DNA of 59,965 bases from Octopus bimaculoides (Eukaryota), in contig NC_069003.1 of NCBI RefSeq assembly GCF_001194135.2, positions 11,596,098-11,656,062 of the forward strand, in the 5' to 3' direction. The translations under genes were made by a program, and so were the position numbers. How positions within the stretch are numbered: the stretch's first letter is position 1; every line of letters begins with the position of its first letter. Under the pieces are notes generated by a model. It had not been told where the DNA came from and ran no database searches. It worked only from the letters and a program-made list of their open reading frames with translations. Below are positions 1 through 11,972 of this stretch, piece by piece.

Positions 1-126
1 CCCCCGGGTGAGACTGGCCACCTTAATACTCCGGGCGTCCAGGTCAGGTTTTGATCCACGCGATGTTACTTCTGCGTGTCTGCATGTATGTATGCGTGTG
101 TGTATATGTATGACTATATATATATA

Positions 127-173
<47 letters not shown>

Positions 174-184
174 NNNNNNNNNNA

Positions 185-228
<44 letters not shown>

Positions 229-1269
229 ACTCTTCGAAACGCCTAGTTTAATATGGTGGCAGCTGATGAAGGAAATGTTCTCTATGTGGCCTGTGTGTTT
301 TCTGTGCTCTGTTTCTCATTTTGTCCACGTTTTTTTTTTTGTGACGTCCTGTACCCAGATATGCATCTATATATACATGTGGATGTAGGTATGTACATAC
401 ATGAACGTATATATGCATATACTCACATATTAATTATTGTATTATATATCTCTAACACATACGTCCACCCTCGTCTATAACGCGTGTAGAGGTGGTGATC
501 TCTGCTTAATTCTGTCCACGAGATAAACTTCAGATGTCGACAACCGTTAATTACACCCACCTCCTACCCCATGTGATTAAGCTAGCACTCTCACTATCTC
601 TTTTTTCCTCTCTCTATGTCTGTCACTTTTCGCCCCCCTCTCTCTCTCTATCCCTTCTTATCTCTTTTTCTTAATCTTTCTCTTGCCACCTTTGTCCCCC
701 TGTGTATTCTTTCCTTTCTCTCTTTAATTCTCTCTCTCTACATTCCTCCCCCTCTCTATGTCCTTATCTTTCTCTCTTTTTAACTTCCTCTCTCTCTCTC
801 TTTCTCTCTCTCTAACATTAGCTTTATTGACCACCTCACCACTGTTTCTTTCCTCTCTTTCACTGTATTTTCCTTCTCTAATTTGCTTTCATTGCCTTTT
901 TCTCTCCTTTATATATATATTCTTTTTCTATCTCTCATCACTCCCATACAAAGTGTGCTTCTCTCTATTTTCCCTTCTTTTCTATGTCCAGTCTTCTCTC
1001 TTATTAATTTCTTTTCTATTTCTTTGTCTGCTTCGTGTTTTTAACCATCCCCTCCCTATCAATTCCTGTTTACCTTCCTCATTCTATGTTTATATTTCTC
1101 TCTCTTTTACTCCTGCACTTGTAAAACTTTGCTTCTTCGACATTCAACTTCCTTTACCCCTTAATATCTTCCCAAACCAGAGCCTCCTATTTCACATCTC
1201 TTTCTCTTCCTTGGTTACCATTAACCAACACCTACCCCGACTTTCAACCAAAGAAATGACACACAACCA

Positions 1270-1590
1270 CATGTAGACGAAGAGAGCAGAGGTGAACTTA
1301 GTGATAGCAGCAGCAGCAGCGGGGCGAATACAGAGCCAACGAGAGAGTGAAAGAGAGGAAAGTACCCTCAATGTACATGTTGGTCTCATTCATAGCTTAT
1401 ACTGCTGTCAGCTTTTAACTCTGCCTAATGTCTTTATACTATTTAACCGACCCAGACTTTCACCCAACTTGCTCCTGGATATACTTTATTATTATATTTA
1501 ATTCGATTTTATTGAGCTGCTGTGTTTATTTGACGTTGTGTTCTTCTGCGAGTATTCGGAATGGTTATCCACTTCGATTGCACGGTAAGA
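1270..1590 (+). other. Candidate non-coding first exon with a 5' splice donor (cacg|GTAAGA at 1585); 5' boundary approximate
   Basis: Non-repetitive, UTR-like sequence with a short (GCA)n run. It follows a long pyrimidine tract, ends in a good donor and precedes CpG-rich DNA. Linkage to the gene at 44 kb is inferred only. Confidence 0.3.
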
Positions 1591-3496
1591 AGTTTCAATG
1601 TACCATTGTTGTTCTTTTACATATGCATGTGTGTGTGTGTGTATTGCCGATGGTTGACGGACGTGTTTTTCATCTTTGCAGTCAATAGAAATAAACATTA
1701 GATAACTTGTACGTACAAATCTCTGTATGGCCATTTTTGTTATCAATGTAAGGAAGAGATCTGCTTTACATTGTATAATATAAACAATATATACACTTTC
1801 TATTGTATAGCGGCACCCCTGTAGTTTAGCTCAACTACAGAGTTGGGTGTGTATATATATTGTATATATATATACATACACTCTTGAAGCCAGCATACAC
1901 TGCAGTTAGTTTAGACTTTCAGAATAATTGTTCCACATAAGTTGGAATTTCTCCGTTATTCAGTTTTTTTTTTGTTTTCGGGACCAAAACTAAGAAATTC
2001 CAGTTGTGATACAGAAAGCAACCAAGGTTATTGCCAGAAATGTGACAAAACTTCGGTAGTGATTGTTGTTTGGAAGGCACGATGTTGTGATTGGGGTGGT
2101 GGAGACGAGACGTTTGAAAAATAAGGATTAATTAATTTTTTTTAAACGCTTTCCTCCATCGTTTTGTATGTGGGATGCTAAAAAATGTGGGCAAATCCCG
2201 GCACTATCATGCTGTCAGAAGTGAAAGTGCTCACTGCTAGTGAAGTAAAAGATAAATGACAATTTACGAATCTATGTATTTCAAAAACTAAAAGCAATTT
2301 AGTTGCGACTCTGTTACACCCCGGATGCTTCTGGTTTCGTTTTCCCGTTGATATAAAACGTTACAAATGAACCGTCTCCTCTGGCCTTTGTACTTTGTAT
2401 CGGAAACCACTGAAAGAGACTATCTGCAAGTCTGTGAGTAAAACTCACCGATCTGGTTTCGAATCACGTAAGGGAACCATCCTTTACGTGGCCGCTGCTC
2501 AACTTAGTAGAAAAAGCAGCCATTACATTTCCCTCGAATCGCATTCTGTTGTCGTAAAACGGGAAATACATATCGGATACGATGGCCTTATTATCAAAAG
2601 GTATTCTCCAAAACAGTCCTATTCACACTCCACAACACACTGCAATGTATGTGTGGTTTATGACCTCTTTAAAATATGAACGGGAAACCCAGGGTCACCC
2701 CATAAACTATCCTTCACCAGGAAAAAAATATAGACTGCGCTACTTCTTTGAGTATGTCCCTTCTCTGAATTTATGTTTTTCTAAAATCGATATATATATG
2801 GTAGAGATGGACTATATGTAAAACAAAATTTAAAAGGGGGGGGTATACCCAGATTACATATACTCCATCTCCAACATATATATATATAGTTTGTTTCAGT
2901 CATTCGACTGCGGTCATGCCGGGTTAGCTCTTGAAGTGTTTCGTCGAACAAATCAACCCCTACAAGGGCCGGCTGAAGGTACCAGCAACTCTGGCAGTTG
3001 CCCGGGGCGCCATGTGATTGTGAAACAAACTTCTTACCGCACAGGCATCTGTTGATAAGGTATAATGAAAGGTATTCCAGCTGTGGCTATTTACATTTAT
3101 TTCCTACGTGCAAGAAAACCAGTCGTATATCTTTTTATTTTTGTTTCGAAGAAGGTTTTGTAAAATGAGGGGGATTAGGTTGCTTTTTCTAGCATCTTGA
3201 AAGGAACGACCATATAAAGTCTCCCACGTTGGCTCATCTTCGTATTTTCAGTGCTGTGTACGCCTGTGTTGGCTGGGTTGTTTGTTCAATTAGCGTGTCA
3301 AATTTTGACAAGTAAAACCAAGCTGCTATCAGTATTCTCTTAATGAATTGCTTCTTAGACTCGACTTAATTATGATAGTGATTTTAAATTTTGGCACAAG
3401 GCCAGCAATTTCGAGGGAAATTTAAACCTCGGCATAAGACAGGCGAGATGCCGCTAAGCCATTTTGCTGGGCATGCTTTGCGGCATTTTGTCCTTC

Positions 3497-3553
<57 letters not shown>

Positions 3554-4337
3554 NNNNNNNNNNNNNNNNNNNNNNNNNNNNNNNNNNNNNNNNNNNNNNN
3601 NNNNNNNNNNNNNNNNNNNNNNNNNNNNNNNNNNNNNNNNNNNNNNNNNNNNNNNNNNNNNNNNNNNNNNNNNNNNNNNNNNNNNNNNNNNNNNNNNNNN
3701 NNNNNNNNNNNNNNNNNNNNNNNNNNNNNNNNNNNNNNNNNNNNNNNNNNNNNNNNNNNNNNNNNNNNNNNNNNNNNNNNNNNNNNNNNNNNNNNNNNNN
3801 NNNNNNNNNNNNNNNNNNNNNNNNNNNNNNNNNNNNNNNNNNNNNNNNNNNNNNNNNNNNNNNNNNNNNNNNNNNNNNNNNNNNNNNNNNNNNNNNNNNN
3901 NNNNNNNNNNNNNNNNNNNNNNNNNNNNNNNNNNNNNNNNNNNNNNNNNNNNNNNNNNNNNNNNNNNNNNNNNNNNNNNNNNNNNNNNNNNNNNNNNNNN
4001 NNNNNNNNNNNNNNNNNNNNNNNNNNNNNNNNNNNNNNNNNNNNNNNNNNNNNNNNNNNNNNNNNNNNNNNNNNNNNNNNNNNNNNNNNNNNNNNNNNNN
4101 NNNNNNNNNNNNNNNNNNNNNNNNNNNNNNNNNNNNNNNNNNNNNNNNNNNNNNNNNNNNNNNNNNNNNNNNNNNNNNNNNNNNNNNNNNNNNNNNNNNN
4201 NNNNNNNNNNNNNNNNNNNNNNNNNNNNNNNNNNNNNNNNNNNNNNNATTACCCCAAGTGAAGTAAAAAGGAAATTCTTGTGGGTAATGAGGAGTCATTG
4301 GACATAAGTAAAATTATATTAAAAAGAAACCTGTTCC

Positions 4338-4565
4338 TTGTTACGACAGGAATTTTTCATCTGGTGTGAGGAGGCAGTCAAAAAGTTGCTACCTTTTGCA
4401 ACAACCTACCTTTGCAAACAAGGATTTTCTGCTCTAATGAACATAAAAACAAAGCAGAGTAATCGATTGGACCCAGAAGACTGTATCCAAATTGCTTTAA
4501 CATCAAAATGCCCCAATTTTGATGTAATTGTAACAAAAATGAAACATCAATTCTCCAAAACCTGA
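4338..4565 (+). pseudogene. hAT (Buster/Charlie-type) transposase C-terminal dimerization-domain remnant
   Basis: Translation AVKKLLPFATTYLCKQGFSALMNIKTKQSNRLDPEDCIQIAL matches the family motif LLPFxTTYLCExGFSxLxxIKTKxRNRL. Confidence 0.85.
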
Positions 4566-5266
4566 AGTGAAAAAGTTTCTAGAAAAATCCTTTTGTATCA
4601 TAATGAGAATATGAATTTATTTTATCGCACTTGTTTTATACTTTTTATATTTATAATTGTATTCTCCATATAAACAGAGTCAATAAACCGTTTCTTCCTT
4701 TAAAATCAAGGGGGTAACATTAGCGTAAATAAATATATTTTGAGGTAATTGGTTAAAAATGTTCCTTGACCCCTGAACTAGGGCCAATCAAGGAACCTCA
4801 CAGATCCAGGATTACCTGATCAAAGGCACAGACCCTCTCCCAAATGTTGCTTTTCGATCTACAGGTGCATACTTAGACTAGGTCCATTCATCTTAACCAT
4901 ATTTCCACACTCACCTTACCTTTTCACAAATTCACTGTGAGATAGAACTTCTGTCTTCACTTCCATTTTTCTTTCCAAGCAGAACTTAATAATGGTTTCA
5001 AATTTTGGCACAAGGCCAGCAATTTCAGGGGAGGGGCTAGTCGATTGTATCGATTCCACTACTTGACTAGATCTTTATTTTATTGACCCCAGTAAGGATG
5101 AAAAGGCAAAGTTGATGTCTGCAGGATTTAAACTCAGAATGTAAAGAGTTTGAACAAATGGTGCCAAACGTTTTGTCCTTTGTGCTAACAATTCTGCCAG
5201 CTCACCATCGTTATAATAATAGCTAGGTCTTTACCTGTCACTATGCTGCCAGTAAAAATATTTGGG

Positions 5267-5400
5267 ACGTTGGAATGGATGTAATATCTATTCAGATTTG
5301 AATATGCCGGCCATTCATCTGAGTGGATGATGGAGCCTGCATGCACTTCTCTTCGGATAATTGACTCTAGAGTAGCTCTGTCTCTTTTTGTAACATAAAA
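5267..5400 (-). pseudogene. Merlin/IS1595-type (ISXO2-like) DDE transposase fragment
   Basis: Minus-strand FYVTKRDRATLESIIRREVHAGSIIHSDEWPAYSNLN..YIHSNV matches the family pattern R.A.TL..II...V..GSIIHSD.W.AY..L...Y.H..V. Confidence 0.75.
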
Positions 5401-5951
5401 ATAGCGACCTATCCATCTATCTTTCACACACACTCTCTCACTTTCTCTCACACTGTATTTCTCCCTCAACAACAACTTTTTCTCCTCCCCTTCTTCTTAA
5501 TACATGTTGTGATGTATATTTTGATTCCTCCCCTTCTTTCCCTTCCTCTAATAGATTTTGTGATGGACAGACAGATGGGGATCTGCTTGTCTTTTATAAT
5601 ACTAGATTGTTGTTGTTTCTAATGTAAGCACAAGGCCTCAAATATGAAGAACTAGCTTAAAAGCTGCCCTATCTGGTGGCTTAAGTGTTCTAACCTTTGA
5701 CCCAAAGCAATCCTTCAAATTTCTGCATTCATTTTCAAAGCTTTATTCTTACTAGCAAGAATTCTATGTTGTTGATGTCATAAAACTTTTATAAATGTGA
5801 AATAATTCTGTTTTGGAACAGTGGATCTTGAAGTAGACAAAAAGTTATAAATAATATGTAAATATTGGGTTGAAAAACCTTTTTTGGATAGAAAAAATTG
5901 AAGACTGCCTAGCACATATTCATATACACACACATAGACAACCATATGTAA

Positions 5952-5997
<46 letters not shown>

Positions 5998-7956
5998 CAT
6001 ATCTCTGAATATTGTTTAATGCCAACTGACACTGTGAAAGTTTAACCAATCAAATAATGTGAGAGAGAGAGAGGACCAGGTGTTGACAGCAAACATTGAT
6101 GAGTTATTTTAATTATAAACAATCCTTACAAAACATTTCTTTCACATTGTATTTAATTTATTTCTGAGACCATAATTAGTGGAGTTTGTTGGCTGGTTGG
6201 TTGGTTATAGTTGACGATTAAGTACTTACACTAGGTCAGATCCTATTTACACTCCAATCCAGAAAACTATTTGCTCTACACATCTGTGACCTGTCTCTAA
6301 AACTATTTTACTCTTCCTCGCTGACAGCCTACCTTTCATTGAGAGGACCACTTTCATATCTGGGATATTTTATGTATCATACAAACATTCTGTCTGAATT
6401 GAATTCACATTCACAAAAAAATTTTTTTTTAAATAAAGGGTAAAAGGTTGTCCAAAAACAGTTTTGTTATGCTTTCAGTCATCATTCATCAACCTACTCT
6501 TTGTCTATCTTTAACCACTTAGCATTGTTTGTTAATATTCTTTTGAATTAATCACACATCTTGTAGCTTTGATGACGTGATTGCTTAGTTTTAGAATGAC
6601 ATTGCAGGGTAGGTGTGAGATGCTGGATCTGGTCAGTTGGGATATTAAACTGGTGGAATATTTGGGCCAGACATGGCTGGTTTAATTGCTAAAGGGTTAA
6701 ACTGATTTATTTTATTTAGTCTTTCATACTTTTACTTTTTACTTGTTTCATTGCACTGTGGCCATGCTGGAGTACTGCCTTGAAGTGTTAGTCAAGGCTG
6801 ACCAAAGCCTTGTGAGTGGATTTGGTAGACAGAAACTGAAAGTAACGTCTGCCATTACGTTCGGAGTTCAAATTCCGCTGAGGTTGACTTTGCCTTTCAT
6901 CCTTTCAGGGTTGATAAATTAAGTACCAGTTACACACTGGGGTCTATGTAATTGACATAATCCCTTTGTCTGTCCTTGTTTGTCCCCTCTGTGTGTAGCC
7001 CCTTTTGGGCAATAAAGAAATAAGAAACTGAAAGAAACTTGTCTTATAAATTTGAACTATATATATATATATATATATATATTNNNNNNNNNNNNNNNNN
7101 NNNNNNNNNNNNNNNNNNNNNNNNNNNNNNNNNNNNNNNNNNNNNNNNNNNNNNNNNNNNNNNNNNNNNNNNNNNNNNNNNNNNNNNNNNNNNNNNNNNN
7201 NNNNNNNNNNNNNNNNNNNNNNNNNNNNNNNNNNNNNNNNNNNNNNNNNNNNNNNNNNNNNNNNNNNNNNNNNNNNNNNNNNNNNNNNNNNNNNNNNNNN
7301 NNNNNNNNNNNNNNNNNNNNNNNNNNNNNNNNNNNNNNNNNNNNNNNNNNNNNNNNNNNNNNNNNNNNNNNNNNNNNNNNNNNNNNNNNNNNNNNNNNNN
7401 NNNNNNNNNNNNNNNNNNNNNNNNNNNNNNNNNNNNNNNNNNNNNNNNNNNNNNNNNNNNNNNNNNNNNNNNNNNNNNNNNNNNNNNNNNNNNNNNNNNN
7501 NNNNNNNNNNNNNNNNNNNNNNNNNNNNNNNNNNNNNNNNNNNNNNNNNNNNNNNNNNNNNNNNNNNNNNNNNNNNNNNNNNNNNNNNNNNNNNNNNNNN
7601 NNNNNNNNNNNNNNNNNNNNNNNNNNNNNNNNNNNNNNNNNNNNNNNNNNNNNNNNNNNNNNNNNNNNNNNNNNNNNNNNNNNNNNNNNNNNNNNNNNNN
7701 NNNNNNNNNNNNNNNNNNNNNNNNNNNNNNNNNNNNNNNNNNNNNNNNNNNNNNNNNNNNNNNNNNNNNNNNNNNNNNNNNNNNNNNNNNNNNNNNNNNN
7801 NNNNNNNNNNNNNNNNNNNNNNNNNNNNNNNNNNNNNNNNNNNNNNNNNNNNNNNNNNNNNNNNNNNNNNNNNNNNNNNNNNNNNNNNNNNNNNNNNNNN
7901 NNNNNNNNNNNNNNNNNNNNNNNNNNNNNNNNNNNNNNNNNNNNNNNNNNNNNNNN

Positions 7957-7996
<40 letters not shown>

Positions 7997-9125
7997 ATGG
8001 CCTTCTACACAGTTTCCATCTACCAAATTCACTCGCAAAGCATTAGTCAGCCTGGGTCTATGGAAGAAGATACTTATCTTAAGAAGCTGTCCAGTGGGCT
8101 TCAACCCAGTGCCATATGGTTGCAAAGTGAGCTTCTTAACTGCACAGTCATGTCTGTGACTATTGTAGTAATTTATTTATACTTCTGTATTTCATATTTA
8201 CTCAATGATGAAAACAACAAAGGCAAAAAGAAAGGAAGTTTCTACAAGTTCAGTAGAAATAAATTAGAAACTGCTGACCTAAATATTTTCAATTTATACA
8301 AGAATTCACAGCAGTTTGGTTAAGTTCCATTGCTGTCATGATTAGTGAAGATATAACCTAGAATTCCCAGAACATCCTATATCCAAAACTATTCCAGTCC
8401 TGAATTCCATTCCACATGGCAAACGAACATATCCAACGCATCTAGAAACATCCTCTCCCATTTACTAAATGTATGTTGAGGAAGACACACATCCTCACCA
8501 GATTCTTTGAAATTCAAGATTGTAACCAGTTTACTCCTCTTTATATTCTTCAAAACCCATCATATTTAATTCTTTTGAAAACTTTTACTTAAACACTGTT
8601 CATTCCTTCTTTTTAGAATTTTGCATCTTTGGAAGAACTTCAACTACTTATTAATGGTTCACTGCAACCTGTTTGCTTCTGTTATGTTCTACAATGGTCC
8701 CACAAGAATTATTTCTTTTTCTCCATTTATCATTCTCTATGCTCAATGCACACACACGCATGCATGTTTGTATGCACACACATACACACACAGTGAGAAT
8801 ATTAGCTAAACAGAGATGAAATGCTTGTGAGAGTTATTCAAACCACCCACAGTGGTGATACAGACAAAATGTTTGGTTTCCAGCAGAACTTTTTGGAGGA
8901 CAGTATTCCAGTGAAGAATTAGACTTTTCCTCTACTTTACATCCAATTTCTCCTTAATAACTGTTTTGCAGGCAGGGCAACATTGCAAGAAGTTTGCTTC
9001 CTGATCATGAGTTCAGTCTCACTGTGTGGCGCCTTGGGCAACTACCTTCCACTTTATAGCCTTGGGCCAACCAAAGCCTTGTGAGTGGATTTGGTAGACA
9101 GAAACTGAAAGAAGCCCATCATATA

Positions 9126-9235
9126 CGAGGGAGTGCTGGAAAGTCCCTGGCTTCTGATAAAAGAAAATACAGGATCAGTTAATTATGGTTTTATTCAACA
9201 TATTTCCCCCCTCAGATTCACATACTTATTGCAAT
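9126..9235. mobile_element. Partial mariner-type MITE (one end)
   Basis: TA-cgagggagtgctggaaagtccctggct... is homologous to the left end of the 33005 element. Confidence 0.6.
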
Positions 9236-9454
9236 TTTTCTAAGGTGGTGAGCTGGCAGAATCATTAGCATGCAGGGCAAAATGCTTAAGTGGTATTTCG
9301 TCTGTCTTTGTGTTCTGAGTTCAAATGCCACCAGGGTCGACTTTGCCTTTTGTCCTTTCGGGGTCGATAAATTAAGTACCAGTTGCGTACTGAGGTCAAT
9401 CTAATCACCTGCCCCTTCCACCAAATTCCAGGCCTTGTGCCTATAGTAGAAAGG

Positions 9455-9487
<33 letters not shown>

Positions 9488-10707
9488 TGTTTTTAAGGTA
9501 GTGAGCTGACAGAATTGTTAGTATGCAGAGCAAAATGCTTGGCCTTTCAACTGTCCTAATTTCAAATTCTGCTGAGGTCAACTTTGCTTTTCATCCCTTT
9601 CGAGGTTCATAAAATAAGTACCAGTTGAACACTGGTTTCAATGTGATCGACTCTGGCCTTGTGCCAAAATTTGAAACCAGTGTTATAGGATCTCAAGACT
9701 AATTGTCTTTGCAAATTTTTTTTGATACACCAGAGAACATTTTTTTGCAGGTTTTCAACATTCTTTTTCTAACTTGAATTTATTGAAGATCTGAAAAAAT
9801 TGTTTTGACTCACAAAGGCTTAATGCTAAGCATTTAAGCTGGTCATATCCAGCCCAAATATTCTACCTGTTTCAAGTTCAAACCAGTCAGATCTGGCCTC
9901 TCACACCTACTTCACAATGTGATTCTAAAAATAAGCAATCTCATCATTGAAATCTCAGAGCTACAAGGCAATGCATGATTAATTCAAAACAATGTGAATA
10001 AATAAGTATTGCATTTGACAGACTTAGCTGAATGCTAAAGGGTTAAATGTTAGATGTTTTTTTTATCAGAGCTTATTAGTAATAGAGAATAAAAATGTAG
10101 TGCCATCTGTAGTTTGGCATGATATGGAGGAAGAGAGTGGGTAGGCATTCAGTGTTGAGCTCTGAATAAAAACAGTAGGCCCGAAAGATGCAGTGATATC
10201 TTTGGGTAATTAGCAGAGAACTAGGACTTCAGACATAGAGGGACAGTTCAGCAGTAAGAACAGTCATTAATTGAAGTTCATAAATTTCTCATGCAACTGT
10301 TTATGGAAGTATAGTTGCTTGAAGTAAGAAATGGGTGAAAGTTGTTTTGGGAACCGTTGCTGTTGTTGGCATTTAAAACTTATGTATTTATATACGTTTT
10401 TTCCTGTGTTTGAAATACAGTGTTGGAAGCATTTGTAAGAAATTTAATACTGCATGTGAGTGAAACATAATTCTAGAATACAGATGTGTGGGAAGAAATG
10501 AGTGGAGTTTGATCCATTGGATGTGTATAATGTTCATTGGAATGAGAGGTGGGACACAAGTGAGGCACAAGATAATCTGATTATCAACCCTTTAGCGTTC
10601 AGATTACTCTGTCAAATGTAATGCTTATTTATTCGCATTGTTTTGAATTAATCATGTATTATCTCATAGCTTGAGATTTCAATGATGTGATTGTTTACTT
10701 TTAGAAT

Positions 10708-11055
10708 GTGGTTTTCAGCCAGGGTCTGTATGGCCCCTGAGGGTTCATATAACATTTTTAGGAGTCCACGCACTAAAATAGTAACTTGGGGATCCACAAT
10801 AGTATTTTAAGGGGCCCTGAAATAATTTTGCTTTAGATGTATGTATTGGTATGCATTGCAAGAAGCAGCTGGGTTTCTTTCTCTAACATTTTACATAATT
10901 CAACCTACACAAGTTAATGTGTGAAACACAAAATAGGAATTTGGAAAGAAGTTTCTATAAAACTAGTTTTTAAACATCGAATGGCTATAGGGGTCCACTA
11001 GAATAGAATAGCAATCAAAGGGGTCCATAAATAAAAAATGGTTGAGAACCCTTGA
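10708..11055. mobile_element. hAT (Charlie-like) MITE
   Basis: Ends (tg)tggttttcagcc...ggttgagaacccttg are a degenerate CAGTGGTTCTCAAC TIR; the interior is homologous to 30002-30295. Confidence 0.65.
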
Positions 11056-11750
11056 TCTACACTATAATGTCTAAAAACAACTATAAACAAAAAGGACAAC
11101 ATTTACTATATAAAGTAGTTGGTAGGTATTAGCATTTTCATAATTAGAGCACCGATGCAGCATGATATTGTCCTAAATTCATAATGATACTAAATACGTT
11201 TATTATAAGTAAACATAAACACGTTGGATGTGTTAGTAACAAATACATATTTGGTGTGTCTGCAAATAAATAAACAAACATTGGTGAAACATTAACTACA
11301 CTCATATACACATATCACATAAAGTTTTTATACTTTGTTGTGCATGCTTATCTCCATGACAACATCAGCAATGGAGGCTTTCGATTGGCAGCTAAAATTA
11401 CACAACATTAAAGGCATGTTAACTTGTTTATTATTAATTTCTAGAAAAAAGATTAAGACGATTTTCATCATCAGCACATACATCAAAACTACACTTCTTA
11501 AAAATAATCTGGTGAAAATTTGAAATACTTCAAATGGAAGAAATTTAACAATATTCTCCAAGGTAATGATAAAGATGATATGGTCGTGACTGATATATTT
11601 TTGATCATAGGGTCTGTTCGATTAGGGCTGACCTGGGACTAAACAGCATGTGTTCAATTTGCTAGAAATAGCAACAAAGTCTCAAATCAAACTTTGGTGC
11701 TTTAAATAAAGTTGGAGGATATATTGGGATAATAGCTGAAACACCTTTAA

Positions 11751-11972
11751 CCCTTTAGCATTTGAAACCAGCCTTATTCAGCCCAAATATTCTACCTGTT
11801 TTATATTCAAACCAGCCAAATCCAGCCTCTAATACCTATCCTACAATGTCATTCTAAAAATATGCATTTACATCATCAAAATCTTAGAATTATAAGGAAA
11901 ATGCATGATTAATTAAAAGCAGTGTGATTAAATAAGCACTACATCTGATAAAGTAACCTGAATACTAAAGGG
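11751..11972. mobile_element. piggyBac-like non-autonomous element (TTAA TSD, CCC...GGG ends)
   Basis: TTAA|ccctttagcatt ... aatactaaaggg|TTAA. Related full or partial copies lie at about 6495-6700, 9830-10046, 10585-10707, 23037-23244, 34356-35370, 41735-41780, 42660-42851, 43000-43090 and 48700-48781. Confidence 0.8.

Noticed and set aside
225-285. CGAAACGC and CTGATGAAGG half-motifs 30 nt apart, suggesting a hammerhead
   Set aside because: The order is wrong for type I, and there is no GUH site with paired helix I for a type II fold. At most this is a decayed retroelement end.
758-1276. 172-aa L/S/F-rich ORF
   Set aside because: Translation of a CT-rich low-complexity tract; no domain signal.
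2395-2821. Two ORFs in CpG-rich unique DNA
   Set aside because: No recognisable motif in the frames I translated, and no convincing splice structure.
3384-8323. Long track ORFs made mostly of X (also at 22-23, 36-38, 42, 47 and 53-54 kb)
   Set aside because: Artefacts of reading through N-gaps and microsatellites.
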